A stretch of DNA of 64,000 bases from Vulcanimicrobiota bacterium (GCA_963820825.1 CAWGBN010000006.1:96001-160000); one strand, 5' to 3'. Positions 37,967 to 48,412 are shown, counted from the stretch's first letter. A program made the numbers and translations. The notes: generated from the sequence alone by a model not told the origin.

Positions 37967-38408
37967 CCGTTCTCGTCGTCGGGATCTGCGCTCGGGTCGA
38001 TGCGCGCGCGTGCGCTTTGCAGATGGACGTTGGTCTGAATCGGCTCACCCGCGGTATTCTTGAGCTTCAATTCGCCGATGCGGTACTTGCGCCGGACGTA
38101 GTCGCTCGCGGGATAGGCGAAGCCGAACTGCAAGCCGTTGAACGAGTTCTTGACGCTGGAGAAGAGCACCGCGGGCTCAGACGACGCTCGACGCGATGCG
38201 CGCCGCGCGGAACGCTCTGGGCGGCGGCAACCTCGGACACCGATGCAAGCACGGCCGAGCTCGCGAGAGCGTCTCCGATTCATGACTTCAGTTTCCTTTT
38301 TAGTCGCCCTCTGGGGCTCTATTTTCGCTCGGGCGGCTCGTCCCGTCGCGCCATGGCAAACAAACGTTCGAGGAATCACCTCCCCGTGGAGTCGAAGTTC
38401 GCATCGGT

Positions 38409-39275
38409 ATGGCCGGATTGGAGATCGACCCTACCGCGGCGCCGGCCGACCGCCTCAACCGGCGCATCTTCGTCGGAATTTCCACCGCGGCGACCCTGGC
38501 CGCGACCGCGCCGGCGGCATCGGCCGAATCGGCACTCGGTAAGACGCATCCGCCGCTGGAGGCCGAAGACGATACCGCGATCGCAACCGCCCACGTCGAG
38601 CTCGGCAGCGGCGGCGCCACCATCCCCGCGTATGCCGCATGGCCTGCATCGGCCGGTCTGGGAACCCCGTCGGTCGTCGTCATCATGCACATCTGGGGCG
38701 TCGACACCTCGATCCGCGACGTCGTGCGGCGCTACGCGAAGGCCGGACTTGCCGCGATTGCTCCCGATCTTTACGCGCGTTTCGCCGCGCCCAACGGCGA
38801 CGCCGCGACCGATTACACCCTCTTCGTTCCATATGCGAAACGGCTCGAACGCGAGGTTTGGTTGGGTGACGTTCGCGTGGCGGCGCAGTGGCTCGCGGCG
38901 AAATTCCCCGGGACCAAGACCGCGATGACGGGCTTCTGCATGGGCGGAAAGCTCGCGCTGGTCGCCGCGGTCGAGGAAGGGCAACTCTTTGCCGTCGTCG
39001 CGCCCTTCTACGGTGCCGTCGCCGACATCGATCCAAAGACGATTCACATCCCGGTATGCGGGAGTTACGGCGGCCGCGATACCGGCATCCCCGCCGCCGA
39101 CGTTCGTGCCTTCGCCGCCGCGCTGACCGTTCCAAACGACATCAAGATCTACGACGAAGCGGGGCACGCGTTCTTCGACGATCAGCGCGCATCGTACGTC
39201 GCTTCCGCGGCAGACGACGCCTGGACGCGGACGCTGGCCTGCTTTTCGAAATATTTGAAAGGATCGCAGACGTGA
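38409..39275 (+). CDS. Dienelactone hydrolase family protein with a Tat-like signal
   Basis: NRRIFVG Tat-like motif, APDLY, GFCMGG nucleophile, AGHAF. Confidence 0.9.
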   Translation: MAGLEIDPTAAPADRLNRRIFVGISTAATLAATAPAASAESALGKTHPPLEAEDDTAIATAHVELGSGGATIPAYAAWPASAGLGTPSVVVIMHIWGVDTSIRDVVRRYAKAGLAAIAPDLYARFAAPNGDAATDYTLFVPYAKRLEREVWLGDVRVAAQWLAAKFPGTKTAMTGFCMGGKLALVAAVEEGQLFAVVAPFYGAVADIDPKTIHIPVCGSYGGRDTGIPAADVRAFAAALTVPNDIKIYDEAGHAFFDDQRASYVASAADDAWTRTLACFSKYLKGSQT

Positions 39276-40435
39276 ATGCCATCGCCGCGCTCGCGCTCTT
39301 TCTGGCGGGCGGGGCGCTCGGAGCCGCAATCACGTGGCTCGTCGCCCGCTCGGAGAAGGCTACGCTGCGCGCGGCGCTCGAGCACGCCGAACGCGCCGGT
39401 GAGAAGACGATCGAATCGCTCTTGGAACGAGCGAAGAACGAGCTGCGCGAGACGACCGCGATGCGCGCGAGCGAACGCGTCGGCGAGCTCGTTTCGCCGG
39501 TCGCCCAGAAGCTCGGCGAGTTCGACCGGCTCTTAGGCGAGCTCTTAGGCCGCACGAATCAGCTCGAGACCGCGACGGTCAATCTGACCACGCAAACCTC
39601 GACGCTCGTGACCGCGCTACGCAACCCGGCCTCGCGCGGCAAGTGGGGTGAGATGCAGTTGCGCAACGTCGTCGAGAAGGCGGGAATGCTGCCCCACTGC
39701 GATTTCCTCGAGCAGCAGACGATCGCGCTCGAAGAGACGCGCGTGCGTCCGGATATGACGGTCAATCTTCCGGGCGAGCGCTGCGTCTTCGTCGATGCCA
39801 AGGCACCGCTCGATGCGATGCAGGCCGCGCTCGAAGCCAGCGACGAGACGGCCCGCAAGCAGTTGGTCAAGCAGCACGCGCGCGCCCTTCGCGACCACGT
39901 CGACCTGCTCGCGCGACGCGGTTATCAGACAGCGCCGGGCTCGGCCGATTTCGTCGTGATGTTCGTCGCGGGTGAGGCCTTTCTCGGCTCGGCCTACAAC
40001 GAGGATCCGGCGCTGATCGACTACGCTCTCGACAAAGGCGTGCTCGTCACCGGTCCGCTCGCATTGATCAGCCTCCTGCGCAGCTTCGCGATGGGCTGGC
40101 AAGCCTTGCGCCAAGAAGAGAATGCGAAGCGAATCGCGATCATCGGCAAAGTGCTCTACGAGAGAGCGCTCAAATTCTCCGAACATCTCGTCGAGGTGCG
40201 CAAACATCTCGAACGTTCGGTCAACGCCTTCAACCTCGCCGTCGGCTCCTACGAGTCGAAGCTGCTACCGCAAGGGCGCAAGCTCAAAGACGAAGCCTCG
40301 CTCGGCGGCGACGAGCTCGCGGAGATTCCGCCGATCGACGTGGTGCCGCGCGCGGTCACTGCGCTCGACGCCGGTTCGAGCTCGAAGCGGCTGCCGCGGT
40401 CGCAGCAGCTCTTCGCCCAAGACGACGCCTCCTAG
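39272..40435 (+). CDS. rmuC: DNA recombination protein RmuC
   Basis: N-terminal TM helix, RGKWGEMQL, RPDM.V.LP, VDAKAP, DFVVMF..GE. Confidence 0.92.
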   Translation: MNAIAALALFLAGGALGAAITWLVARSEKATLRAALEHAERAGEKTIESLLERAKNELRETTAMRASERVGELVSPVAQKLGEFDRLLGELLGRTNQLETATVNLTTQTSTLVTALRNPASRGKWGEMQLRNVVEKAGMLPHCDFLEQQTIALEETRVRPDMTVNLPGERCVFVDAKAPLDAMQAALEASDETARKQLVKQHARALRDHVDLLARRGYQTAPGSADFVVMFVAGEAFLGSAYNEDPALIDYALDKGVLVTGPLALISLLRSFAMGWQALRQEENAKRIAIIGKVLYERALKFSEHLVEVRKHLERSVNAFNLAVGSYESKLLPQGRKLKDEASLGGDELAEIPPIDVVPRAVTALDAGSSSKRLPRSQQLFAQDDAS

Positions 40436-40480
40436 GGAAGCGCTGATTTAAGCCCATCTCTAAGGTAGGTTCCTGAATGC

Positions 40481-41047
40481 TCAGGGGCTAGCTATGGGAT
40501 TTGCATGGTCGGCCTTCCAGGTTTTGAGCGCGGTTAGCGTGTTCGCAACGTGCAGCGACGGGTCGAGACTCGTGTACGTATAGATAATCGTTCCGTCCGG
40601 AGCAATGACGTACGAGGTTCGATTCGCGTACTGCGGATGCTGCGCGAGTATCGCATCGTATGCTTTCTCCACCGTCTGATTCGTGTCGGCGGCGACGGCG
40701 AACTTGCTGCGGCATTCGCTGACCGAGAACTTTTGCAGCTTGTCGAGCGGATCGTGCGAGACTCCGATAACCGTCGCGCCGAGGGCCGTATACTGATCGA
40801 TGGCATCGGCGAATTCGTGGGCCTCGATCGTGCATCCCGTCGTGAACGCCGCGGGATAAAAATAGAGGACGACCGGACCCTTCTTGAGCGCGGCGTCCAG
40901 ATTGAAGGTAAAGGCGTTCCCGCCTTGCGTCGCTTGGAGGGTGAAGTCCGGAGCTTTGCTACCGGTCGAGAGCGCGGCGAGCGCCGGCGCGCTCAGTACG
41001 CCGATCGCAACGGCGGCAGCGACCGCCAGACGGAGCGAACGATTCAT
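40481..41047 (-). CDS. Exported peroxiredoxin (BCP/PrxQ-like)
   Basis: Signal peptide, APDFTL, VVLYFYPAAFTTGCT.EA, RTSYVI..DG. Confidence 0.9.
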   Translation of the reverse strand: MNRSLRLAVAAAVAIGVLSAPALAALSTGSKAPDFTLQATQGGNAFTFNLDAALKKGPVVLYFYPAAFTTGCTIEAHEFADAIDQYTALGATVIGVSHDPLDKLQKFSVSECRSKFAVAADTNQTVEKAYDAILAQHPQYANRTSYVIAPDGTIIYTYTSLDPSLHVANTLTALKTWKADHANPIASP

Positions 41048-41062
41048 CGATCTGTTCCTTTC

Positions 41063-41602
41063 CTACACTTTGAACTCGACGCCGGAGAACTGGTTCGGAT
41101 CGTAGTTGGCGTCGCGCGGCGGCCGCGGCGTCTCCTTCCACCACGTGCTGAACATTGCGAGCCATTCGAAGTTCTCGAAGAGGTACTCGTTGCCTCGAAC
41201 GCGCCGTAAACGCTCGACGAAGGGACGAATGGTATTCCAGCGCGAGCGCAGCATGAAGCCGACCGCATCGACGAGGAGCGATGGATCGAGTACGCGTCGT
41301 CGAGCTAGGCAGGCAACCGTTTCGACGTACTGCGCGACGAGCACCAGCGCGTGGTCGTCCGGCGAGCCGTCGAACTCAGTGCGCAGCGTATCGTCGTCGG
41401 CATAACGCCCCCCGATGTCTTCGAGCTGCGCGAACGCGGCGAGAATCGCCGGATCGGTGAGCCGGCCGATCGCTTCGAGAATCGCCAGCGCGTTGCGCTC
41501 GTGTTCGATCTGCTTGTTCTGACGGGTCAGCAAGATGCTCGAAAGGCCGAGCGCGATGAGCGATATGACGATCGACGCTGCAGCGAAAATTTGCTCGCCC
41601 AC
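41063..41602 (-). CDS. Hypothetical membrane-anchored protein (DUF4760-like)
   Basis: AAGGAG RBS, N-terminal TM helix, helical domain ending in FENFEWLA. Confidence 0.65.
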   Translation of the reverse strand: MGEQIFAAASIVISLIALGLSSILLTRQNKQIEHERNALAILEAIGRLTDPAILAAFAQLEDIGGRYADDDTLRTEFDGSPDDHALVLVAQYVETVACLARRRVLDPSLLVDAVGFMLRSRWNTIRPFVERLRRVRGNEYLFENFEWLAMFSTWWKETPRPPRDANYDPNQFSGVEFKV

Positions 41603-41620
41603 GCACCACTCCTTAGGAGC

Positions 41621-42769
41621 CTAAAGCCCCATCAGCCGGGCCAGGACGAGCCGCTGCACCTCGTTGGTGCCTTCGCCGATCTCGTTGATCTTCTGATCGC
41701 GGTACATCCGCGAGATCGGGTACTCGTCCATGAAGCCGTATCCGCCGTGGATTTGCAGCGCTTCGTTCACGACGCGATGGGAGAGCTCGCCGGCGAAGAG
41801 TTTTGCGAAGCTGGCGGCCTGCACGTAATCGCGCCCTTGATCCTTCTCCCAGGCGGCGCGAAGCATCATGAGCTTCGCGTGCTCGATCTCGGTCAGCATG
41901 TCGACGAGTTTGAACGAGATCGCCTGAAATTTGCTGATCGGCTTGCCGAAGGCATGGCGCTCGCGCGCATACGAGAGCGCCTCGTCGTACGCGCCCATCG
42001 CCAGTCCGATCGAGAGCGCGGCAACGGAGATCCGCCCGCCGTCGAGGATCGAGAGAAACTGCCGGTAGCCCTCGCCTCGGCGACCGAGCAAGTTCTCTTC
42101 GGGGACTTCGGCATCGGCGAATGAGAGCTCGCGCGTATCCGAGGCGCGCCAACCCATCTTCGCGTACTTTCGGCTGCGCGTGAATCCCGGCGTATCCTGC
42201 GGAACGATGACGTTCGAAATCTCCCGCGATCCGTCGGGTCGCCGCCCCGTCACCGCGGTGATCGTCGTTCCGCCCGTGATATCGGTGCCGGAGTTAGTGA
42301 TGAAGGCCTTCGTGCCGTTGACGACCCACTTGCCGTGGCGCAGCTCCGCCTTGGTCTGCACGTTGCCGGCATCGCTTCCGGCGCTCGGCTCGGTGAGACC
42401 GAATCCCCACAACATCTCGCCGCGCGCGAGCGGCACGAGATACTTCTGCTTCTGCGCTTCGGTGCCGAATAGGTAGAACGGCGTGGCTCCGAGCGAGACG
42501 TGCGCGGCCATCGTAATCGCGGTCGAGGCGTCGGCGCGAGCGATCTCCATCACGGCGAGCGCGTAGCTGACCGTGTCGCCGCCGGCGCCGCCGTACTCTT
42601 CGGGAAAGGGCAGACCCATAAAGCCCAGCTCGGCCAACTTCGCGACCAATTCATACGGGAATCGCTCGTTGCGATCCATCTCTTCGGCGCGTGGCCGAAC
42701 CTCGTCACGCGCAAACTCGCGCGCCAGGCCCTGGATGGCCTTTTGCTCGTCGGTTAAATCGAAGTCCAT
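41621..42769 (-). CDS. Acyl-CoA dehydrogenase
   Basis: FGLTEPSAGSD, NGTKAFITN, KMGWRAS, QIHGGYG, IGEGTNEVQR. Confidence 0.95.
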   Translation of the reverse strand: MDFDLTDEQKAIQGLAREFARDEVRPRAEEMDRNERFPYELVAKLAELGFMGLPFPEEYGGAGGDTVSYALAVMEIARADASTAITMAAHVSLGATPFYLFGTEAQKQKYLVPLARGEMLWGFGLTEPSAGSDAGNVQTKAELRHGKWVVNGTKAFITNSGTDITGGTTITAVTGRRPDGSREISNVIVPQDTPGFTRSRKYAKMGWRASDTRELSFADAEVPEENLLGRRGEGYRQFLSILDGGRISVAALSIGLAMGAYDEALSYARERHAFGKPISKFQAISFKLVDMLTEIEHAKLMMLRAAWEKDQGRDYVQAASFAKLFAGELSHRVVNEALQIHGGYGFMDEYPISRMYRDQKINEIGEGTNEVQRLVLARLMGL

Positions 42770-42815
42770 GGCAAAGGTATAGCCCCTGTCCCTTGCTAAA
42801 CCTCCTACCTCAGCG

Positions 42816-43526
42816 ATGATCTCCCTCCGCGGCGTTTCGCTTGTCTATCCCAACGGAGTACGCGCCCTCGACAACGTCACTCTGGAGATTGCGAAGGGCG
42901 ACTTCGTCTTCCTCGTCGGCGATTCCGGAACCGGCAAGTCGAGTCTGCTGCGCCTTCTCTATCGCGAGGCCAAATCGACCACCGGCGAAATCATCGTCGA
43001 CGGAATTCGCGTCGACCGCCTCCGCCGCAGCCGCATCCCGGCGCTGCGCCGCCATCTCGGCGTCGTCTTTCAAGATTTCAAGCTGCTCGTCGACAAGACG
43101 GTCTGGGAGAACGTCGCTTTCGCAATGCAAGTAACCGGCGCGCACACGCGCGACGTCATGCGGCAGGTACCCCGCGTCCTCGACCTGGTCGGACTCTCGC
43201 ATAAGAGCCGGATGTATCCCGGCGAGCTCTCCGGCGGCGAGCAGCAGCGCACCGCGATCGCGCGAGCGCTCGTCAACAATCCGAAGATTCTGCTCTGCGA
43301 CGAACCGACGGGGAATCTCGATCCGGCGAATACCACCGAGATCACGGCGCTGCTTTTACGCATCAATCTCAAGGGTACGACGGTCGTCGTTGCGACGCAC
43401 AATCAGGCGGTCGTCGATCGCATGCGCCGCCGCGTCGTGCGTCTGGACGACGGACGCATCGCCACCGACGAAGAGCGAGGATACTACTATCTTGGACTCC
43501 GGGAAAGTCAAGTTCTTTCTGGCTGA
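42816..43526 (+). CDS. ftsE: Cell division ATP-binding protein FtsE
   Basis: GDSGTGKS, GVVFQDFKLL, LSGGEQQR, DEPTGNLD; followed by ftsX. Confidence 0.95.
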   Translation: MISLRGVSLVYPNGVRALDNVTLEIAKGDFVFLVGDSGTGKSSLLRLLYREAKSTTGEIIVDGIRVDRLRRSRIPALRRHLGVVFQDFKLLVDKTVWENVAFAMQVTGAHTRDVMRQVPRVLDLVGLSHKSRMYPGELSGGEQQRTAIARALVNNPKILLCDEPTGNLDPANTTEITALLLRINLKGTTVVVATHNQAVVDRMRRRVVRLDDGRIATDEERGYYYLGLRESQVLSG

Positions 43527-44373
43527 GGTGTTGCGCAACTTCTCGCGCAACGCCGGAATGCAAGCCACCGCGATAGGAACGGTTGCGATTACGATCGTGC
43601 TGCTCGGCCTCTTCCTATTCGTGCGCGCGGCGGTCGCCGATGCCGGCCGTCAGCTGCTCGATGAAATTTCGGTCTCGGCATATCTTCGCTCGGACGCAAC
43701 GCCCCAGCAAGTCACCGCGATCGCCCACTTCCTCGCGCGAGATCCGCGGGTCGCGTCGGCGCGGTACGTTCCCAAGAAGCAGGGTCTGGCGGAGCTGCGC
43801 GAACGCACGAAGGGAACGATCGACACCGCGCTGCTAACCGAGAATCCGCTTCCCGACAAGTTCCGCATCAAAGCGCGCGTCGCCGACGACGTTCCGGCGA
43901 TCGCGGCGAGCGTGCGCCGTTTGAGCGGCGTCGATAACGTGGTCTACGGACAGAAGATCGTGCAGCGTCTGCTCCAGCTCGGCGCGGTGCTCCGGCGCAT
44001 CAGCATCGCCGTGATCGTGGTCTTCTTCGCCGTCGCCGGAATCATCATCGCCAATACGATTCGCTTGACCGTCTTCGCCCGGCGTCGCGAGATAGCGATC
44101 ATGCAACTCGTCGGCGCGACGAATACCTACATCCGCCTGCCCTTCATCTGCGAGGGGCTGCTCGACGGATTGGTCGGTGCGCTCGTTGCCGTCTCGCTGC
44201 TCGCCGCCGCGCGCGCGGCACTCTGGCCGCGCTTACTCGAAGCGTTGCCGTGGGCGCAGCTGACCGTCGTTCCGGTCGACGGTCGGATCCTCGCCGCCGA
44301 GCTGCTCGTAGTCGGCGCCGCAATCGGGATCGTTGCCTCGTGGGTCTCCGTCGGGCGTCATCTGCGGACGTAG
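43492..44373 (+). CDS. ftsX: Cell division permease FtsX
   Basis: TTG 43492; ENPLPD, IANTIRLTVFARRREI.IM.LVGAT..YIRLPF..EG. Confidence 0.93.
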   Translation: MDSGKVKFFLAEVLRNFSRNAGMQATAIGTVAITIVLLGLFLFVRAAVADAGRQLLDEISVSAYLRSDATPQQVTAIAHFLARDPRVASARYVPKKQGLAELRERTKGTIDTALLTENPLPDKFRIKARVADDVPAIAASVRRLSGVDNVVYGQKIVQRLLQLGAVLRRISIAVIVVFFAVAGIIIANTIRLTVFARRREIAIMQLVGATNTYIRLPFICEGLLDGLVGALVAVSLLAAARAALWPRLLEALPWAQLTVVPVDGRILAAELLVVGAAIGIVASWVSVGRHLRT

Positions 44374-44382
44374 GCTAGCCGC

Positions 44383-45561
44383 ATGCAGGTTCGACTCGCA
44401 CTCGCCGCCGCCATACTCGCGCTCGTCCCCGTGGTCGCCGCCGGATCGACCCTCGAGCAGCGCATCGAAGCGCAGCGCGCCAGGGCCGCGCAGACGCAGT
44501 CGCGCCTGCATGCCAAGCGCGCCGAGCTGCACGCCGTAACGCTCCACTACGACGATCTCCAACGCCAGCTCGGCGAGACGACCGCGGCGATCGGTACCGT
44601 CAACGATCACCTCGAGTCGCTCACCGCGCAACAAGCGTCGACGCAGCGGCGGATCGATTGGAACGCCATCGAGCTCGACGCCGCGCAGCGGTCGCTCAAG
44701 CTGCACGACCAGCTGCTCAAACGGCGGCTGGTCAACATTTACGAATACGGCGATCTCTCGTACGTCAACACGCTGATCGCCGCGCGTTCGTTCAGCGACT
44801 TCGTCGAACGCTGGGAGGATTTGCGCCTGCTGATCGCCGCCAACGAACGGACGATCCGCTCGCGCAAGGCCGCCGAGAGACGCGTCGCGGCGATTGAAGC
44901 CGATCTCGAGCGCACGCGCATGGAGCTGCAACAAGAGGAGACGGCGCAACAAGAGGCTCGCAGCCAGCTCAACTCGTTGGCTGACGAGCGGCGCAATCTC
45001 GTCGAGCTCGCCTCCGTGCAGCGGCACAGCGTCGCCTCGCAGGTCGCCGAGATCGAGAGCCTCTCGGCCTCCGAGGAAGCGGCCCTCGAGAGCCTGATTC
45101 TCGAGCGCGAGCGCGCGATTGCCGCCGAGCATCGCGCGGAAGGCATCGCCGGCGGCGTAGAGACCCAGGGTGGGCTCGGCAGCTTCTCTTGGCCGGTGAC
45201 CGGAACGATCACCTCGCCCTTCGGCTGGCGTTCGAATCCCTTCGGCGGCGCCCCGGAGTTCCATCAAGGCCTCGATATTGCCGCTCCGTCGGGGACGACC
45301 GTAACCGCGGCCGCGGCCGGAACCGTTATTATGTCACAGTGGTACGGCGGCTACGGCAACTACATCCTGATCGATCACGGCGGGAGCTACTCGACGGGAT
45401 ACGGCCATCTTTCCGCGATGTACGTCTCGGCAGGGCAGTCGGTTCAGCGCGGTCAGGCGATCGGTGCCGTCGGCTCGACCGGGCAATCGACCGGGCCCCA
45501 TCTCCACTTCGAGGTTCGGATAGCCGGAAAGCCCGTCGACCCGGCCCCCCGCCTTCATTAA
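44383..45561 (+). CDS. Coiled-coil plus M23 peptidase (EnvC-like murein hydrolase/activator)
   Basis: Signal peptide, long coiled coil, HQGLD, YGN, GHL, STGPHLHFEV with intact Zn ligands. Confidence 0.9.
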   Translation: MQVRLALAAAILALVPVVAAGSTLEQRIEAQRARAAQTQSRLHAKRAELHAVTLHYDDLQRQLGETTAAIGTVNDHLESLTAQQASTQRRIDWNAIELDAAQRSLKLHDQLLKRRLVNIYEYGDLSYVNTLIAARSFSDFVERWEDLRLLIAANERTIRSRKAAERRVAAIEADLERTRMELQQEETAQQEARSQLNSLADERRNLVELASVQRHSVASQVAEIESLSASEEAALESLILERERAIAAEHRAEGIAGGVETQGGLGSFSWPVTGTITSPFGWRSNPFGGAPEFHQGLDIAAPSGTTVTAAAAGTVIMSQWYGGYGNYILIDHGGSYSTGYGHLSAMYVSAGQSVQRGQAIGAVGSTGQSTGPHLHFEVRIAGKPVDPAPRLH

Positions 45562-45630
45562 GACTTTGCGAGTACTCTGAGGAAGAGCAACTCAAAGGCC
45601 GCCACGGCGGGTACTGACTAAAAGGAATCC

Positions 45631-47040
45631 ATGACTCGTTTCCCACGCCTTCTGTTTGTCGTTTCGCTCTTCGTCGCGCTTGCAATCGTCGGCACGCTCG
45701 CCATCGGTCTGCAGACCGGTATGATCGCGCGCCAATCGGTGCTCGAGGTCGCGACGACCGGCGATCTGCACGATCTCTTCGCACCCCGCGCGGCCGAGGG
45801 TTCGATCGTCGTCAATCTCGCCTTACGCAAGCTCGAAAGCACCTATTACAAACCGATCGATCCGCAGACCCCGATCGCCGGCGAAGCCACGGCGCTCCGC
45901 ACGTACCTCAATCAGAAGAAGATCGGTAACGCGACGCTGCCCGCCGAGACCGCGAGTGGTGATCCGAGTCAAGACGCCGCACGCGCCGCCGAAGTACTGG
46001 CCTACGCCCAGCAGCACTACGCCGCCGACGTCGGCCCGAACGGACGCGACGACCTAACCGACGCCGCGCTGCGCGGCATGATGAACTCCGTCCGGGATCC
46101 GTATACCGTCTATCTCTCTCCCCGCGAAATTCAGGGTTTGAACGAATCGCTCTCCGGCGGCAACTTCGGCGGAATCGGCGTCTATATCTATCAGCTCAAG
46201 GACGGCCGGATCATCGTGCAGCCGATCGAAGCGATGCCGGCCGCACGAGCCGGGATGAAGCCCGGCGACATCGTCGATAGCGTCGACGGCAAGAACGTGC
46301 GCGGCTTGAACATCGACCGGGTCGAAGCGCTGATTCGCGGCGAAGCCGGCACGATCGTTCGCATGCGCGTTCACGCGTTCAACGCTCCTTCGAAGGAGCG
46401 CTCCTACGCGATCGTGCGCGACATCATTCACGTGCCGACGGTGCGGGCGAAGATGGAGGACGGGATCGACTATATCCGCCTCTCGGATTTCGGCACGACT
46501 TCGGCCGACGAGATTCGCAAGGCGCTCTTAGACGGGCGCGCACACGGCGCTCGCGGATACATTCTCGATCTGCGCGACAACGGTGGCGGCCTTCTCGATG
46601 CTGCCGTCGAGATCTCGAGTTTCTTCATCCCGCAGGGCACGATCGTTTCGACGATTCGGCGCGACGGCCAACGCACGAGTCAAGGGGCGCTCGGCGACGC
46701 GATCGGCGGCCTCCATCCGCTCGTCCTGCTCGTCAACAAGTACACTGCGAGCGCTTCGGAGATTACCGCCGGCGCGCTTCAAGATTACCGGCTCGCGACG
46801 CTCGTCGGCACGCGGACCTTCGGCAAGGGCGTCGTGCAGAGCATCTTTCCGCTTCCCGACGATGGTGCGCTTAAGATTACGACCGCGCGCTACGTGACGC
46901 CGGCCGGGCGGGACATCCAGCACCACGGCATCGAGCCCGACGTCGTCGTCGATCAAAGCCTGAACCCGTCGCTCATCGACACGCCTGCCGACAAGCAACT
47001 CGCGGTGGCCAAGGCACGATTCCTCGCCCCCAACCGTTAA
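45631..47040 (+). CDS. S41 carboxyl-terminal processing protease (CtpA-like) 1
   Basis: DPYT, PDZ domain, LDLRDNGGG, SASEI, TFGKG. Confidence 0.93.
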   Translation: MTRFPRLLFVVSLFVALAIVGTLAIGLQTGMIARQSVLEVATTGDLHDLFAPRAAEGSIVVNLALRKLESTYYKPIDPQTPIAGEATALRTYLNQKKIGNATLPAETASGDPSQDAARAAEVLAYAQQHYAADVGPNGRDDLTDAALRGMMNSVRDPYTVYLSPREIQGLNESLSGGNFGGIGVYIYQLKDGRIIVQPIEAMPAARAGMKPGDIVDSVDGKNVRGLNIDRVEALIRGEAGTIVRMRVHAFNAPSKERSYAIVRDIIHVPTVRAKMEDGIDYIRLSDFGTTSADEIRKALLDGRAHGARGYILDLRDNGGGLLDAAVEISSFFIPQGTIVSTIRRDGQRTSQGALGDAIGGLHPLVLLVNKYTASASEITAGALQDYRLATLVGTRTFGKGVVQSIFPLPDDGALKITTARYVTPAGRDIQHHGIEPDVVVDQSLNPSLIDTPADKQLAVAKARFLAPNR

Positions 47041-47050
47041 TGTGGAGATC

Positions 47051-48412
47051 ATGAAACGCTTTCTTTCGATTCTCTGGGCGGGCGCGCTCAGCGCGAGCCT
47101 CTTTCAACTCACCGTCGCCGTCGCGGCGCAAGGGACGCACCTGTCCTCGGTCGATGCGGGGGAGATCGCTACGAGCTACGGCTATTTGACCGATAACTTC
47201 TATAAGAAGGTCGATCCACAGGTCGTTCTCGACGCGATTCGAGCGCAGCTCCTCGCGGCGATGCGAACGGCCGGCGTCAAGCAGGCCGAGCTTCCGGTCA
47301 TGCATGCGAGCAACGTCGCGTCGAACGACGTTCGCGAAATCGATCGCGAGGTCGAAACCGCCGCAACGAAATCGAATTCGAAGTTTAGCCTCCACGATCT
47401 TACCTACGTCGCGCTCGACGGGATGATGAAGTCGGTCAAAGACCGCTACACCGTCTTTCTCACGCCCAAAGACTTTGCCGGACTCAATCAAGGGCTCGAC
47501 GGCGGAGATTTCGGCGGCACGGGCATCGTCATTCAGGTCGACGATAAAACGAAGTACATCTCCGTCGAGAACGTCGTTCCGGACGGACCTGCCGACAAGG
47601 CCGGCATCCAGCAAGACGATCTGATCATCTCAATCGACGGTGCGACGACGAAGGGCTTGACCCTCAACCAGGCCAGCGGAAAGCTGCGCGGTAAGGAAGG
47701 CACGAAGGTAACGCTGACGATCGAGCGCGACAGCAACACGCTGCCTGCGCCGATCACGATCACCCGGGCGAAGATCCATCAACTCAGCGTCTACGAGAAG
47801 ATGCTTCCCGGTAAAATCGGTTACGTCGCGTTGACGGTCTTCGGCCGCGGTACGGGCGACGAGCTCAATGCGGCGCTCGACCGTCTACAGAAGGAGGGCG
47901 CGAGAGCGCTCGTACTCGACCTTCGCGACAACGGCGGCGGTTATCTCGAAGCGGCCGTCGCGGTGAGTTCGAAGTTCATTCCGAGCGGACCGATCGTTTC
48001 GGTCGAGTCGCGCGCGTCGAACATCACCACGCTCGACGCCGACGATACCGCGATCAATCCGGTACCGCTCGTCGTCCTGGTCAACGGCTACACGGCGTCG
48101 GCCTCCGAGATCACCTCGGGCGCGATTCAAGATAGCAGCGTCGGGACGATCATCGGCACGAAGACCTTCGGCAAGGGCGTCGTACAAACGATCATTCCGC
48201 TTCCCGATAAGAGCGCGATCAAGATCACGACCGCGCGGTATCTCACGCCGCGCAACCGCGACATCAACCATCTCGGCATTACGCCCGATATCGTCGTCAG
48301 CGAAAACAAGCACGCGCAGTTCGGCCAACCGTCCAAAGACGAGCAGCTCGCGCGCGCGATTCAGTATCTCAACGACAAGCTCGCGCACATGAGCCAGGAG
48401 AACGGCGGCTAA
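47051..48412 (+). CDS. S41 carboxyl-terminal processing protease (CtpA-like) 2
   Basis: Signal peptide, PDZ domain, LDLRDNGGG, SASEI, TFGKG. Confidence 0.93.
   Translation: MKRFLSILWAGALSASLFQLTVAVAAQGTHLSSVDAGEIATSYGYLTDNFYKKVDPQVVLDAIRAQLLAAMRTAGVKQAELPVMHASNVASNDVREIDREVETAATKSNSKFSLHDLTYVALDGMMKSVKDRYTVFLTPKDFAGLNQGLDGGDFGGTGIVIQVDDKTKYISVENVVPDGPADKAGIQQDDLIISIDGATTKGLTLNQASGKLRGKEGTKVTLTIERDSNTLPAPITITRAKIHQLSVYEKMLPGKIGYVALTVFGRGTGDELNAALDRLQKEGARALVLDLRDNGGGYLEAAVAVSSKFIPSGPIVSVESRASNITTLDADDTAINPVPLVVLVNGYTASASEITSGAIQDSSVGTIIGTKTFGKGVVQTIIPLPDKSAIKITTARYLTPRNRDINHLGITPDIVVSENKHAQFGQPSKDEQLARAIQYLNDKLAHMSQENGG

Noticed and set aside
45562..45630. Riboswitch upstream of the first S41 protease
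   Set aside because: Only one imperfect hairpin; no recognisable aptamer consensus
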